A DNA stretch of 64,000 bases from Zunongwangia sp. (GCF_048269745.1 NZ_JBLXIB010000012.1:25158-89157); one strand, 5' to 3'. Positions 48,201-58,038 are shown, counted from the stretch's first letter. Numbers and translations: made by a program. The notes: generated from the sequence alone by a model not told the origin.

Positions 48201-48576
48201 GGACGTGAATTCTGATGGTTTAAATATTATGGATGGAAATCAATCTATTGATCAGTTAAACAGATGGCAACGTCCTGGAGATGTTGTTTCTATTCCGCAA
48301 TTAATGTGGGGAGTAAGTACGCGATCGACTATGAACTCTACTAGATATCTCTTTAATAAAACCAATATTAGATTGCAAAACGTAGCGTTAAATTATTTTT
48401 TTCCAGATAAAATAACGCAAGAATTAGGTGTTCAACAATTTGGGTTGTCCCTAATTGGAGATAACCTGGGGCTCTGGACACCATATGATAATAATAATAA
48501 AAACTCTTATCGAAATAACATGAGTGGATATCCACTAGAGACCATGATTTCTTTAGGGGCAAATATTCAATTTTAA
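45214..48576 (+). CDS. SusC/RagA-family TonB-dependent outer-membrane receptor with an N-terminal STN signalling domain (trans-envelope signal transducer)
   Basis: 1120 aa. STN domain (QIRIQDLFDRIEKETDYLFVY), then a carboxypeptidase-regulatory-like domain (VKGIVKDEENFLLPGVNVIVKGSSRGTVTDMDGEFNI), a TonB plug and a 22-strand barrel with a C-terminal ...NIQF. Confidence 0.9.
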   Translation: MKKSLLFKVDRTTIAQILVKIVGVFLLVFSFVTSNQVYSKELQNQFITITAKQIRIQDLFDRIEKETDYLFVYSVDDIDIKRKVNVDVKDIDILTLLNKVIPTDNVVFKRIKNQIIIRKKTAQEDQSSSSSYLMQQQKNVKGIVKDEENFLLPGVNVIVKGSSRGTVTDMDGEFNIRTRPSDTLVFSFVGYKEQEIPVGSKSEFDVQMKLGSQLSEVIITSSYGTKVKKENEVSSSFTVEAKQLKSLPQQRIDKLLDGIVPGLQYNPQSQDASSTRSRNSVTIRGEASLGASNEPLWIIDGTRMHTGGKTNMITGLSTSVSPLSYINPQDIESIRVLKDAAATSIYGADGANGVILITTKRGSSGKLQFDVSLRRGQSLINDATRFKVLDGNQYLDLARESFENAGNDMRYFPFTDNESNQYSTTNTDWYDTFYDIGSNSLLNISAKGGNEKGTYYISGSYFNDESTVVGNDTQRFALRTRNTAQITSKMDIDLSLSASYNLNQIFNPGSDYYENLPIISPYNPDGTFRQYYSVIEGSNPDGSPKWVDKRFYNSLAEREQNDNNQKAFAFQGNFKFSYTPIEALKYTGQFGVDYQSNTEEIYRSIKNWSGKDTNGNPLGEAYSNQSNFLNWTMIHRLNFQKQLNKHHISGVVGFEMNSSENNFTGARGTGFVNDYLRRVSLAEDRYGSGNYYERNSLSYLAQMSYNYNDRYNASLSFRRDGNSNFGKNVRWAEFASAGVSWNIHNEEFFESEIVNFLKLKASYGSNGNSRIGSQESNGVYDIGDSYYYNGKPGATMTTPANPNLSWETTYMANLGLDLGLFNQRINLALEGYRNKTVDLLSQLDVSRTIGALKIFRNVGSIENKGLEATIRTQNIITDQFQWNTTLIASRNENKILELYNNIPKNNDKTRWEEGADINTFYLIRWAGVDPRDGYPLWYDSDGNVTRQYSADNRVKYKSSTPEVYGSLRNTFKYKDFSLSIQASYTIGGYSFSPFGRDVNSDGLNIMDGNQSIDQLNRWQRPGDVVSIPQLMWGVSTRSTMNSTRYLFNKTNIRLQNVALNYFFPDKITQELGVQQFGLSLIGDNLGLWTPYDNNNKNSYRNNMSGYPLETMISLGANIQF

Positions 48577-48585
48577 AAAAGAATT

Positions 48586-50007
48586 ATGCTAAGAAATTTA
48601 AAATTTGGCGCAATTATATTTTTCAACCTTCTGTTATTTTCAGGATGTGAGAATTTTCTTGAAGGAGATAATGCTGGTCGAGCTTCAATCCCTGTATTTT
48701 TTTCTGATGTTGATGGTATAACGTCAGCTATTATTGGAAGCTATAGCCGGGTATATGAGTATTATGATTCTGAATTTTATCTCTATCCAGAGGTTGCTGG
48801 TGATTTATTACAGCTAAGTGCCATAGGAGAAAATGTGAAAATGTTTTCGCAATATAATTTTGTCTCTGAACCAGATCAGGAAGCAACAGCAGTTGGACAT
48901 ATTTGGGCTAAAGGTTATGAAGCCTTGGCTAATGTGAATAATATTCTCGAATACCAACCTGTTTTGTTGGAAAAATTCCCAAACAGTTCCGATGATTTGC
49001 TAATAATTAGAGCTGAAGCTTTGTTTTTAAGAGCCTTGATTCATTTTGATCTAGTAAGAACATATGCACAAACTTATACTTATACTGAGGATGCATCTCA
49101 TATTGGTATTCCAGCTCTTACCTTAACACCGGCAGAAAATGAGTTGAATGCCAGAAATACAACAGCTATCGTATATGATCAAATCATTACCGATTTACAG
49201 GAGTCAATTGATCTTTTTTCGGAATTCCCGGAAACGGAACTTATGCCTTATAGAGGATCTGAAATGGCTTCGAGATCTTTACTTTCAAAGATTTTTCTTT
49301 ATATGAATGAATGGGAGAGTGCAAGTGAGCAAGCAAATATTGTATTAAGTACTATGGAGCTAACAGTCCATGATGAATATGTCGAAATGTTCAGAACCTT
49401 AGAACCTGGAGCTGAGGCTATTTTTATGTTGAGCGGTGAACAAAAAAAATCAAGTGTAGGAGTGTTTTATGCAACCTCCGATCCTGTCGCTACGGCTTCA
49501 TCAAAATTAATAGATGTGTTTTCTGATACATCTGATGTAAGACTGGATTTATTACGTGAGAAATCGGGTACTTATCAAACATTGAAATATTCTCGTCCCG
49601 ATGTTAATCAGACGGAATATGGAAGTGACCTTTATGTTTTAAGAGCTTCTGAAATTTTATTGATACATGCTGAAGCAGCCATAGAATTGAATGATTTCGT
49701 GGCGGCTAAAGAAGATATTATCCAAATTCAATCAAGGGCTTTAGGTGTCCCGAACGATAGCTTAGAAATTAATCTAAATACCAAAGATGAATTACTAGCG
49801 GTTTTAGAAAAAGAAAGAATAAAGGAACTAAATTTTGAAGGGCAGCGCCTTTTTGATATTACCAGATGGCATCACAACCTGAACAGGGATGAAAACACCT
49901 CTTCCAATGTCAAAGAATTAGCCTATCCCAGCCACCTTTTTGCGCTGCCCATTCCTTTAAGGGAAATTAATGCTAACGAAAATATTATACAAAATGAAGG
50001 TTACTAA
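48586..50007 (+). CDS. RagB/SusD-family nutrient-binding outer-membrane lipoprotein
   Basis: Lipoprotein signal (LLFSGCEN), a TPR-like helical body, and a conserved C-terminal SusD region (ERIKELNFEGQRLFDITRW). Confidence 0.88.
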   Translation: MLRNLKFGAIIFFNLLLFSGCENFLEGDNAGRASIPVFFSDVDGITSAIIGSYSRVYEYYDSEFYLYPEVAGDLLQLSAIGENVKMFSQYNFVSEPDQEATAVGHIWAKGYEALANVNNILEYQPVLLEKFPNSSDDLLIIRAEALFLRALIHFDLVRTYAQTYTYTEDASHIGIPALTLTPAENELNARNTTAIVYDQIITDLQESIDLFSEFPETELMPYRGSEMASRSLLSKIFLYMNEWESASEQANIVLSTMELTVHDEYVEMFRTLEPGAEAIFMLSGEQKKSSVGVFYATSDPVATASSKLIDVFSDTSDVRLDLLREKSGTYQTLKYSRPDVNQTEYGSDLYVLRASEILLIHAEAAIELNDFVAAKEDIIQIQSRALGVPNDSLEINLNTKDELLAVLEKERIKELNFEGQRLFDITRWHHNLNRDENTSSNVKELAYPSHLFALPIPLREINANENIIQNEGY

Positions 50008-50482
50008 ATGTGCTTTAAAGTTCTTTTTTGTAGTTGTTTATGCAATGGGTATAGTTTCATTGATAGGCTGTAATAAAGATAATATAGAAGACTTTCAAGA
50101 TGCGTATGTACATATCATGCAAAATGAGTCTAATATTATCACTGTAAATTCCAATAGAAAGGATATTGCTACTTACTATATCTACTATAGTACACCTGGC
50201 ACTAATAAAGATCTTATGGTGAATTATAGAATTGAGCCTGGAAATGGACTCAAAGAAGGTCGCGATTATCAAGTAATTACTACTGAAAACCCGCTACTTT
50301 TTCCAGCAGGAATTTATCAAAGACCAATACAGATAAGATGGTTAGAGAGAGAATTAGATGAGACCCAGGACAATACACTTAGTATCATAATAGAGGATGT
50401 AAATAATAATGATGTCGCTATAGGATTACCAGGGCCAGCTCGAAATCAAAGCCAATTTATCATCAAAAAAGTAAATCCATAA
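49994..50482 (+). CDS. Small PUL-associated lipoprotein of unknown function
   Basis: Lipobox (SLIGCNKD). Sits between the SusD gene and the peptidase gene. Start taken at the internal MKVTK. Confidence 0.5.
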   Translation: MKVTKCALKFFFVVVYAMGIVSLIGCNKDNIEDFQDAYVHIMQNESNIITVNSNRKDIATYYIYYSTPGTNKDLMVNYRIEPGNGLKEGRDYQVITTENPLLFPAGIYQRPIQIRWLERELDETQDNTLSIIIEDVNNNDVAIGLPGPARNQSQFIIKKVNP

Positions 50483-53287
50483 ATGACATATTTTAAAAGA
50501 ATATTTTTCACCTTTTTACTTTGTCCTATTGTTGTTTTTAGTCAGCATATTAAGGAAGATCCTAAACTTATTTCGGGAGAACTAAACAATGGCTTAAAGT
50601 ATTATTTATATCAAACTGATAGAGTTAAAGGTCAGGCAGAATTTCAAATGTTTCTAAAAGCGGGTTCTCTGCAGGAAAAAAATAACCAAAGAGGGCTAGC
50701 TCATTTTATGGAACATATGGCTTTTAATGGATCGACCCATTTCCCTGAGAATACTCTAATTGATTTTTTAGAACGTAATGGGGCTAAATTTGGTCATGAT
50801 CTTAATGCTCATACCAGTTATGGAGAAACCATTTATAAATTAAAAATTCCAACTAAAAGGCAGAGTGTGGTCGATTCCACATTATTAATTATAAATGACT
50901 GGATACAAGGAATAAGCTTAGATAGCCTGGAGATTGAGAAGGAAAGGGGAGTAGTGTTGTCTGAATGGCTTTCTAAACAAAGCGGAAGTAAGAATACCCA
51001 AGATGCTTTTTTAGAACTTTTATTAAATGACTCAAGATATAGCGATAGAAAAGTAATTGGTGATACAGCTACCTTAAGAAACTTTAATCGAAAAGATATC
51101 AATGATTTTTATAATTCATGGTATGATCCTTCTTTAATGGCTATAGCAATTGCTGGTGACATCGATCCAGATTATGTTCTTAAAGAAGTTAAAGCTAAAT
51201 TAGAAGATATAACATCGAAGAATATAGAAAATACTTCATATCCAATTAAAGATTTCGAAGAGTCTGAATATACTGTGATAACAGATGAGGGAACTAAAAA
51301 AATTGAACTTACGGGGGTTCAGTTATTAGAACCTTTTAGAAATATTAAAACTGAAACTGCGTTTTATCATTTTCTCCAAAAAAATCTTCTTAATGATCTA
51401 TTTCAGGAACGATTGGATAATAAGTCTTTCTTAAACCCTGCATACGAAGGAGCAAGTATAAGTTTAGGTAATTATTTCCCTGTGAAAGCTGCGCTCATGT
51501 ATACTGTGGAATTTCAAAAGGATTCTATCGATAAAGGGCTACAACAATACTGGTATGATGTAGAGCAAATTTTTCAATACGGTTTTACATCGATGGAGAT
51601 ATCTAAGATTAAAAAACAACTCCTTCAACAGTTGCGAAATAACACGGACAATAAAGAACAGCCTTCTTCAGGAAAAATGATTAAGGAAATGTATCAGAAA
51701 TTTTTCTATGGAAATGCGATTGTAACTCCTGAAAAAGAGTTTGAATTGACTCAAAAAAGTCTGAAATCTATTGATTCTTTAAGTTTATTAAACTGCTTGA
51801 AAAATATTAGAAAGCAGAAACAAACAAAATATATTCTGACAGCAAATGAGTTGGATAAAAAGATATTACCTGATTCATCAGAATTTTATGCTCATCTCAA
51901 TTTTGAAAAAGATGAAGTGCAACCATATGAAAGAAACTTGGATGTTCCTGAAAATTTACTCTCAGAACTCCCTAAACCTGGTAAAATTATTTCTAAAACA
52001 TATATTCCTGAAATTGATGCAACGGAATATTTATTGTCTAATGGAGTGAAACTTATTTATAAACAAACAGATCTTGATAAAAATGCAATAATACTAAGTG
52101 GGTTTAGAAAGGGCGGATATTACGCACTTAAAGAACAAGATTATATCACCGGACTCTATGCCGCTCCTGTAATCTCTCTTAGTGGTTATGGTGATTTTAG
52201 CAGAGATGCGTTAAGCCAGTTTCTGGCTGGTAATAGTGCTAAAGCTACATTATTAGTAGATAAAACCAGAACAGGTTTTTATGCTAGTGCAGATAAAAGG
52301 GATCAGAAAACGGTTTTCAAACTTCTATATTTAAAATGGACTGCACCCAAAATGGATGTGAAAATTTTCGATGAAATTAAATCACGAACAATCGAATCTA
52401 AGCAGAATGAAATTTCTAAGCCTGCTGACTTATTTGGTGATAAAATAAAAAAAGCTTTAAAAGGGGAGGACTATGTTACTAGGAAGTTGAAAGTAGAAGA
52501 TATTGAATCTGAATTAGATTCTTCCAAGATTATAGATACTTATCATCAGTTTTTTGGTGGTGCTGAAAACTATAATATTAGTCTAATATCAGATCAGCCT
52601 TTTGAAACTCTTAAATCCGATGTTTTGCAATATATCGCTACTTTACCTAAAGGAAAAGCAGCTACTACATACCGGTATCAGCCAAAGCATGTTTTGAAAG
52701 ACGATGTTGTGATACAACAAAAAGATGGTGATAGTCCAAAAGTGACCGTCTCACTGATTTTTCAGCAAAATACTATTATGAAATCTTTGCCTGAGACCGA
52801 CTTTTTAAATCAGGTGGTTAAAAACCTGATAAGAAACCGCTTGTTAAAAAAGCTTAGGGAAGAAATGGGGGCAGTTTATAGTGTTTCGGTATCGGCAAGT
52901 TCTACTAAACAACCTATAGCGCTGAGCAGACAGAGTATTAGTTTTGTTTGCGAACCAAAAGATGTGGATAAATTGATTGAAGAAACTGAAAAGATTCTTT
53001 CCGCTATGGCTGCAGGCAATTTTTCGCAGGAAGAACTTTCGAAAATAAAAACGAACCTAAAGAAAATGGATGATCTGCTAAAGCAACGAAATACCTATTG
53101 GACAAAAGCCATACGTGAACATTATTTCAATCATTTTAAGAATTGGGATGCGGTTACAAATTATAAGGAAAGAATAGATGCAATAAGTAAAAATGAAATT
53201 GCTGAAGTAATTAAAGCATATTTTAAAAATTCGCCATCTATAAAAGCAATTTTATGGCCTTCCACAGAACATATTAACAATCAATAA
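50483..53287 (+). CDS. M16 (pitrilysin/insulinase) family zinc metallopeptidase, secreted
   Basis: Signal peptide. Inverted zinc motif HFMEHMAFNGSTHFPEN (HxxEH...E). The 934-aa length fits a tandem M16 active plus inactive domain architecture. Confidence 0.85.
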   Translation: MTYFKRIFFTFLLCPIVVFSQHIKEDPKLISGELNNGLKYYLYQTDRVKGQAEFQMFLKAGSLQEKNNQRGLAHFMEHMAFNGSTHFPENTLIDFLERNGAKFGHDLNAHTSYGETIYKLKIPTKRQSVVDSTLLIINDWIQGISLDSLEIEKERGVVLSEWLSKQSGSKNTQDAFLELLLNDSRYSDRKVIGDTATLRNFNRKDINDFYNSWYDPSLMAIAIAGDIDPDYVLKEVKAKLEDITSKNIENTSYPIKDFEESEYTVITDEGTKKIELTGVQLLEPFRNIKTETAFYHFLQKNLLNDLFQERLDNKSFLNPAYEGASISLGNYFPVKAALMYTVEFQKDSIDKGLQQYWYDVEQIFQYGFTSMEISKIKKQLLQQLRNNTDNKEQPSSGKMIKEMYQKFFYGNAIVTPEKEFELTQKSLKSIDSLSLLNCLKNIRKQKQTKYILTANELDKKILPDSSEFYAHLNFEKDEVQPYERNLDVPENLLSELPKPGKIISKTYIPEIDATEYLLSNGVKLIYKQTDLDKNAIILSGFRKGGYYALKEQDYITGLYAAPVISLSGYGDFSRDALSQFLAGNSAKATLLVDKTRTGFYASADKRDQKTVFKLLYLKWTAPKMDVKIFDEIKSRTIESKQNEISKPADLFGDKIKKALKGEDYVTRKLKVEDIESELDSSKIIDTYHQFFGGAENYNISLISDQPFETLKSDVLQYIATLPKGKAATTYRYQPKHVLKDDVVIQQKDGDSPKVTVSLIFQQNTIMKSLPETDFLNQVVKNLIRNRLLKKLREEMGAVYSVSVSASSTKQPIALSRQSISFVCEPKDVDKLIEETEKILSAMAAGNFSQEELSKIKTNLKKMDDLLKQRNTYWTKAIREHYFNHFKNWDAVTNYKERIDAISKNEIAEVIKAYFKNSPSIKAILWPSTEHINNQ

Positions 53288-53305
53288 TAACTCAAATTAA
53301 ACTTT

Positions 53306-54754
53306 ATGAAAACTAAAATTAACGTTCTTTTATTATTAATAGCCTGTACTGGTTTTTTTACCTCTTGTAGCAGTGATGATGACAGTTTGCCATCAGAATC
53401 TGCTGTAGTAGGAATGTCGTCTTTCGGCTTTTATCAGGAAGATAACGATCAATTAGTTCAGGATTATGTAATAGAAGAATTATCGGGAAACTCAATAAGC
53501 TTTGCATTACCTTCACAGGTTGATGTAACAAACCTGGTAGCAAGATTTACAACTACTGAAAATGATATTGTTACCGTTGGAGGAGCTAACCAGATGAGTG
53601 GTGAGACTGCAAATGACTATAGTGCAGCAGTAGAATATCTTCTTACTGAGGAAAATACTAATGAAATATATACCGTGACTATAACAAAAATGGCTAATGC
53701 GGTATGGTCTCAATTAACAGCTTATGATCAGGAGGTGAAAGATATTTCCTTAAGCATTAACCCTACAAATGCTATGCCTTATATCGGTTATATTGCAAAT
53801 GCAGAGGAGTATGAGGATAGAAGATTAAACCTTATTTCTTATCAGGATAATATTTGGAGTCGAATAGGTGCAGCTGACTTTAATTCAGCAAGAGCAAAAG
53901 ATGCAGATCTTGCTTTCTCTCCTGAAGGAACTCCTTTAATATCATTTGGTGATTATTCTGTTGATCCATCTCAGGTTTCTTTAATGGAATATACAGATAA
54001 TTCCTGGAACTATGTCGGACAGCCTGGTATCTCCGAAGGAGAAAGAAGTTATAGAGAATCAGCATTAGTAACTGGGGAAGATGGTGCTATTTATAACTTT
54101 TACATAGATAATGATCGTCAACTAAAATTAAAAGCTTTTGATGGAAATGCATGGAATACTATTGCAATTTCAGGAGTAAATTCTCCAAGTGTCGATCTTG
54201 ATGCGGTATATGAAAATGGTGCTTTATATGTAGCAACAATAGACAGAACGACTCTTCAGAGTGTATCTGTATTCAAGTATGAAAACGGAAACTGGACGAC
54301 ACTGGCAGATCAAATGAAAGAAGCTCCTGAAAATGCTATAAGAACTTACAGAATAGCTATGGATGTGGATACTGAAGGGAATGTTTATTTAGCTTATGCA
54401 GAAGATGATGCAGCTGCAGGAACAGATTATCAGGTAAAAGTGAAAAAGTACACAGCAGCAAGTAATTCTTGGTCAATTTTAGGAGATCTTATTCCAGATG
54501 CTTCTTACCGATCATTTGATATTGCCATTGATGCTTATGATAATCCAATGCTTTTATATAGAAATGCATCTGATAACCCAACAACATTAGCATTTGATGA
54601 TGAAGTTAACAACTGGGCTTCTCCTGTGGTATTATCAAATAATGAAGCTGATGATGTAGAATTGGAATATGCCGCAAATGGAATAGGATATGCTGCTTAT
54701 ACAGTAGGTAATCAACTTTATTTGCATAAATATGATTCTCCGGATAATCAGTAA
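53306..54754 (+). CDS. PUL-associated surface lipoprotein of unknown function (482 aa)
   Basis: Lipoprotein signal (FFTSCSSDDD). Repetitive beta-rich body with recurring aromatic/Gly blocks. No catalytic motif recognised. Confidence 0.5.
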   Translation: MKTKINVLLLLIACTGFFTSCSSDDDSLPSESAVVGMSSFGFYQEDNDQLVQDYVIEELSGNSISFALPSQVDVTNLVARFTTTENDIVTVGGANQMSGETANDYSAAVEYLLTEENTNEIYTVTITKMANAVWSQLTAYDQEVKDISLSINPTNAMPYIGYIANAEEYEDRRLNLISYQDNIWSRIGAADFNSARAKDADLAFSPEGTPLISFGDYSVDPSQVSLMEYTDNSWNYVGQPGISEGERSYRESALVTGEDGAIYNFYIDNDRQLKLKAFDGNAWNTIAISGVNSPSVDLDAVYENGALYVATIDRTTLQSVSVFKYENGNWTTLADQMKEAPENAIRTYRIAMDVDTEGNVYLAYAEDDAAAGTDYQVKVKKYTAASNSWSILGDLIPDASYRSFDIAIDAYDNPMLLYRNASDNPTTLAFDDEVNNWASPVVLSNNEADDVELEYAANGIGYAAYTVGNQLYLHKYDSPDNQ

Positions 54755-54819
54755 TTTAATATAATTACATAAAAAGGGCGGAAATTTTTCCGCCTTTTTT
54801 ATGTCTCAATTTAATATCG

Positions 54820-56307
54820 ATGATTAAAAATATATTCATTTTAATATTCTTTTTAGGATTTAGTTTTGATACGTTACTATCACAAGAATACTATGATATA
54901 AGTGGAAAAGTATGTTTAAATGAAGATCTGCATAATAAAAAATCACGTGGTATAGCGGATATATATTTATCTGATGGTGAGCATCTTTTTAAAACAGATA
55001 AAGCAGGGAATTATCGTGCTAAAATAAATATAGGATCTCCTTTCTTTATCATTCTTCCTTCTGGTTACGAAATGAATAATACTTCATGGTACCGATCTAA
55101 TCCAAAAGATGGAGAACAAATAAATTTTGAACTTCAAAAGGAGTCGGTTTCTAAGAACTTCAATTTTCTTGCTATTGGAGATGTTCAGGTAGGATCCATG
55201 GAAGAAATGAATATGGCAGATGTTGGCTTCTTTCGTGAAATAGCGAACCGAGACGATTTCGATTTTGGAATGTATCTTGGAGATTTAGTGAATGATAAAA
55301 CAGAACTCTTCCAACCTTTACGTCAGTCTATTCAAAGTAGCTCAAAACCCTATAGAGTAGTTTATGGAAATCATGATTGGAAGCATGGTGCGTTACATGA
55401 TCTACAAGACAAACCATTTGAAAAGAATTTTGGCCCTAAAAATTACGCATTTGAAAAAGGGAATGTACTTTTTATAACTTTAAATTCGATTTATCCTGTT
55501 GGGAAATATGGCTATAAAGGAATATATAAGGCTGAAACAATCTCTTTTGTTAAAGAGCTTCTTGATAAGGTGCTTAAGAAAAATCAGTTGATTATTATCA
55601 ATCAGCATATCCCATTACGCTGGATGAAAAATAAAAATGAACTCCTAGAATTATTAAATATCGATCATGAGGTTTTAGTTCTTAGCGGACATACGCATAG
55701 TATTAATAGATTTTTCTACTCAAGAAAGAATAGATCAGATATTCAGGAAGTTGTGTGTGGAGCCGTTTCAGGAAATTGGTGGACGGGACAGAAGAATTGG
55801 GAAGCTATGCCTCTGGCTCTTATGAAAGATGGTACGCCAAGAGGCTATTTTAAGATTTCGGTCTTTAATAATAAATATAAATTAGCTTATAAAGCAGTAG
55901 GATTGGATTCAAAAAGGCAAATGAATACTTGGTTTGGATCATTAAATAATAAGCACATAGCAAACTCTATAGATACCACGAGCACTAAGCTTATTCTAAA
56001 TTTATATGCCGGATCTAATAAAACTAAGGTAGAGATATTTGTAAAAGACAAGTTTGTGGGGAACATGAAAAAAATCAACTCTGTTGATCCTTATATTAAC
56101 CGTATCAAAGTATTACAGGATGAAGGGGTGTATCCAAATAAAATGAGTCAGAAATCCCCTTATCTTAATACGCCTTCTTCTCACATATGGACTATGGATA
56201 TGTCGAATTTGAATCTTGAAAATTTTAATTTATTAGATATTGAAATAGATGATCCATTCCTTGATTCTTTAAATTATTCGATTAATTTTCGCGATTTTAG
56301 AGAATGA
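54820..56307 (+). CDS. Secreted calcineurin-like metallophosphoesterase with an N-terminal carboxypeptidase-regulatory-like beta-sandwich
   Basis: Signal peptide. Metallophosphoesterase motifs GDVQVG, GDLVND, GNHDW and GHTH. Confidence 0.75.
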   Translation: MIKNIFILIFFLGFSFDTLLSQEYYDISGKVCLNEDLHNKKSRGIADIYLSDGEHLFKTDKAGNYRAKINIGSPFFIILPSGYEMNNTSWYRSNPKDGEQINFELQKESVSKNFNFLAIGDVQVGSMEEMNMADVGFFREIANRDDFDFGMYLGDLVNDKTELFQPLRQSIQSSSKPYRVVYGNHDWKHGALHDLQDKPFEKNFGPKNYAFEKGNVLFITLNSIYPVGKYGYKGIYKAETISFVKELLDKVLKKNQLIIINQHIPLRWMKNKNELLELLNIDHEVLVLSGHTHSINRFFYSRKNRSDIQEVVCGAVSGNWWTGQKNWEAMPLALMKDGTPRGYFKISVFNNKYKLAYKAVGLDSKRQMNTWFGSLNNKHIANSIDTTSTKLILNLYAGSNKTKVEIFVKDKFVGNMKKINSVDPYINRIKVLQDEGVYPNKMSQKSPYLNTPSSHIWTMDMSNLNLENFNLLDIEIDDPFLDSLNYSINFRDFRE

Positions 56308-56542
56308 TTTTAAATAATCCTTGACAAAAGATTTGTCGAAAGTTGTTAATGTTAAAAAAATGTAAATGATTTTTTTAAATAGTTGCTGAATTCAGATTTT
56401 GTGAAGAACCATTGTTGGGTAATGGTAAACTCTATGAGTAGTGGCAGATTGCTTAGTAATCTTTTGTCAAATCGAAATGCAGTTTGAGCGGACTGAAAAA
56501 TCGGAATTCACTACAGCGTCTGCCATTACTTATATGTTTTTA

Positions 56543-57484
56543 TTAATTTCTAAACAAATATTTTATATTTTGTGGTTTTTCTCCTACACGCCTAATTGCG
56601 TAAGGCCACCAGTCTTTTCCATAAGGCAAATATAATCTAAGTTTATATCCATTATTTACCAATTCTTTTTGATAATTTACTCGAACTCCGAATAGCATTT
56701 CAAACTCGTATTCATTTTTTTTCCAACCCATTGTGTTTGCTTGTTTGTTGATGTAATCTATTATTTTGTCATCATGTGTTGCAAAAATTGGATAAAATTT
56801 ACTTTTTTTAGCTTCATCTGAGAGCATTAGGGTTGCAAGTTTTCGATAAGCTTTATCAATATCCTCTTTAGATTTAAATGCTATTGTTTTATTTTCAGCA
56901 AAAGCTCCTTTTACAAGTCGGACAGCGCTATTGCTTTTTATAATATTTTTTAAATCCTCCTCGGTTTGATATAGATATGCTTGCAAGGTAATTGCTGTAG
57001 GTATTTCTTTTTCTTTGAGTTTATTGTAAAAATTCAAAGTCTCTTTGTAGACACTAGAGTCTTCCATATCGAGCATTAAGAATGATTTTTTAGAAGTATC
57101 CAATTGTTTAAGTTGATTTTCTTTAATTTTTTTACCTATCGTTACTAAATTCTTATAACACTTTGATTTATCAATTTGAAGTCCCACTTGGGTTGGGTCT
57201 ACTGAAATATGTATATCGAGGTTGTTTTGTGATAATAATTTAGACATTTGCTGAAGAGAATGGATTGTTTTATTAATAACAATCATATCTTTCTCATACT
57301 CTCCTAAATAAAATAAAGAAGTATAAATCTTTTCATTCATTAAGTTGATTACTGTCTTTATAGCTTCATTTTTATTTTGCCCACCAACGAATCTAGTCGC
57401 TAGTTGATGGAGTTGTCTCCTTGATTGAAAGAATATTTTTAACTTTTCACTTCTCGCTAAGAATATCATAAGTTTTTGCCACAT
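56543..57484 (-). CDS. Proline dehydrogenase (monofunctional PRODH)
   Basis: 313 aa. RFVGGQNKNEAIKTVINLMNEK... and the downstream TIM-barrel motifs match the bacterial PRODH family. Confidence 0.75.
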   Translation of the reverse strand: MWQKLMIFLARSEKLKIFFQSRRQLHQLATRFVGGQNKNEAIKTVINLMNEKIYTSLFYLGEYEKDMIVINKTIHSLQQMSKLLSQNNLDIHISVDPTQVGLQIDKSKCYKNLVTIGKKIKENQLKQLDTSKKSFLMLDMEDSSVYKETLNFYNKLKEKEIPTAITLQAYLYQTEEDLKNIIKSNSAVRLVKGAFAENKTIAFKSKEDIDKAYRKLATLMLSDEAKKSKFYPIFATHDDKIIDYINKQANTMGWKKNEYEFEMLFGVRVNYQKELVNNGYKLRLYLPYGKDWWPYAIRRVGEKPQNIKYLFRN

Positions 57485-57612
57485 AATCTTAATATTTTAA
57501 GTTGTATTTAATGTTTTACAAAATTAAGAGATATGATAGTGAAGTTGTCTTTTGAATCAAAAGCTCATATAAATTATTATCTTTGAATCATAGGAAATAG
57601 TCAAATTTAGCT

Positions 57613-58038
57613 TTGATATTGATGGATAAACTAAGTAAGAACATTATAAAAGTATTGCAAGATAATTCTCGTTCTACATATGCCGAGATAGGCCGTAAAG
57701 TTGGCTTATCTGCTCCTGCTGTGGCTGAACGAATTCAGAAACTTGAAGATTCAGGTATTATTGATGGATATTCTTTAAAATTGAATAAAAAAAATCTTGG
57801 ATTACATGTAGAGGCTATTATTTATTTGGATGTTTTATTCTTGAATTTCAAAAAATTAATCGATGATTTAAGTGATATTCCAGAAATACAAGAGTGTTTA
57901 AAAGTAACAGGAAAGCATAGTATCATTTTAAAAGTTGCGGTTGAAGATAACGAAGCATTAGAACGTGTTATTGACAAAGTTTCTTTATATGGTCAACCTC
58001 AAACCTCTTTAATACTTTCAAGTTATACAAACCCATGA
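57613..58038 (+). CDS. Lrp/AsnC-family transcriptional regulator (PutR-like, divergent from PRODH)
   Basis: HTH (NIIKVLQDNSRSTYAEIGRKVGLSAPAVAERIQKLEDSGII) plus a C-terminal RAM domain. The true start is probably MDKL at 57622. Confidence 0.85.
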   Translation: MILMDKLSKNIIKVLQDNSRSTYAEIGRKVGLSAPAVAERIQKLEDSGIIDGYSLKLNKKNLGLHVEAIIYLDVLFLNFKKLIDDLSDIPEIQECLKVTGKHSIILKVAVEDNEALERVIDKVSLYGQPQTSLILSSYTNP

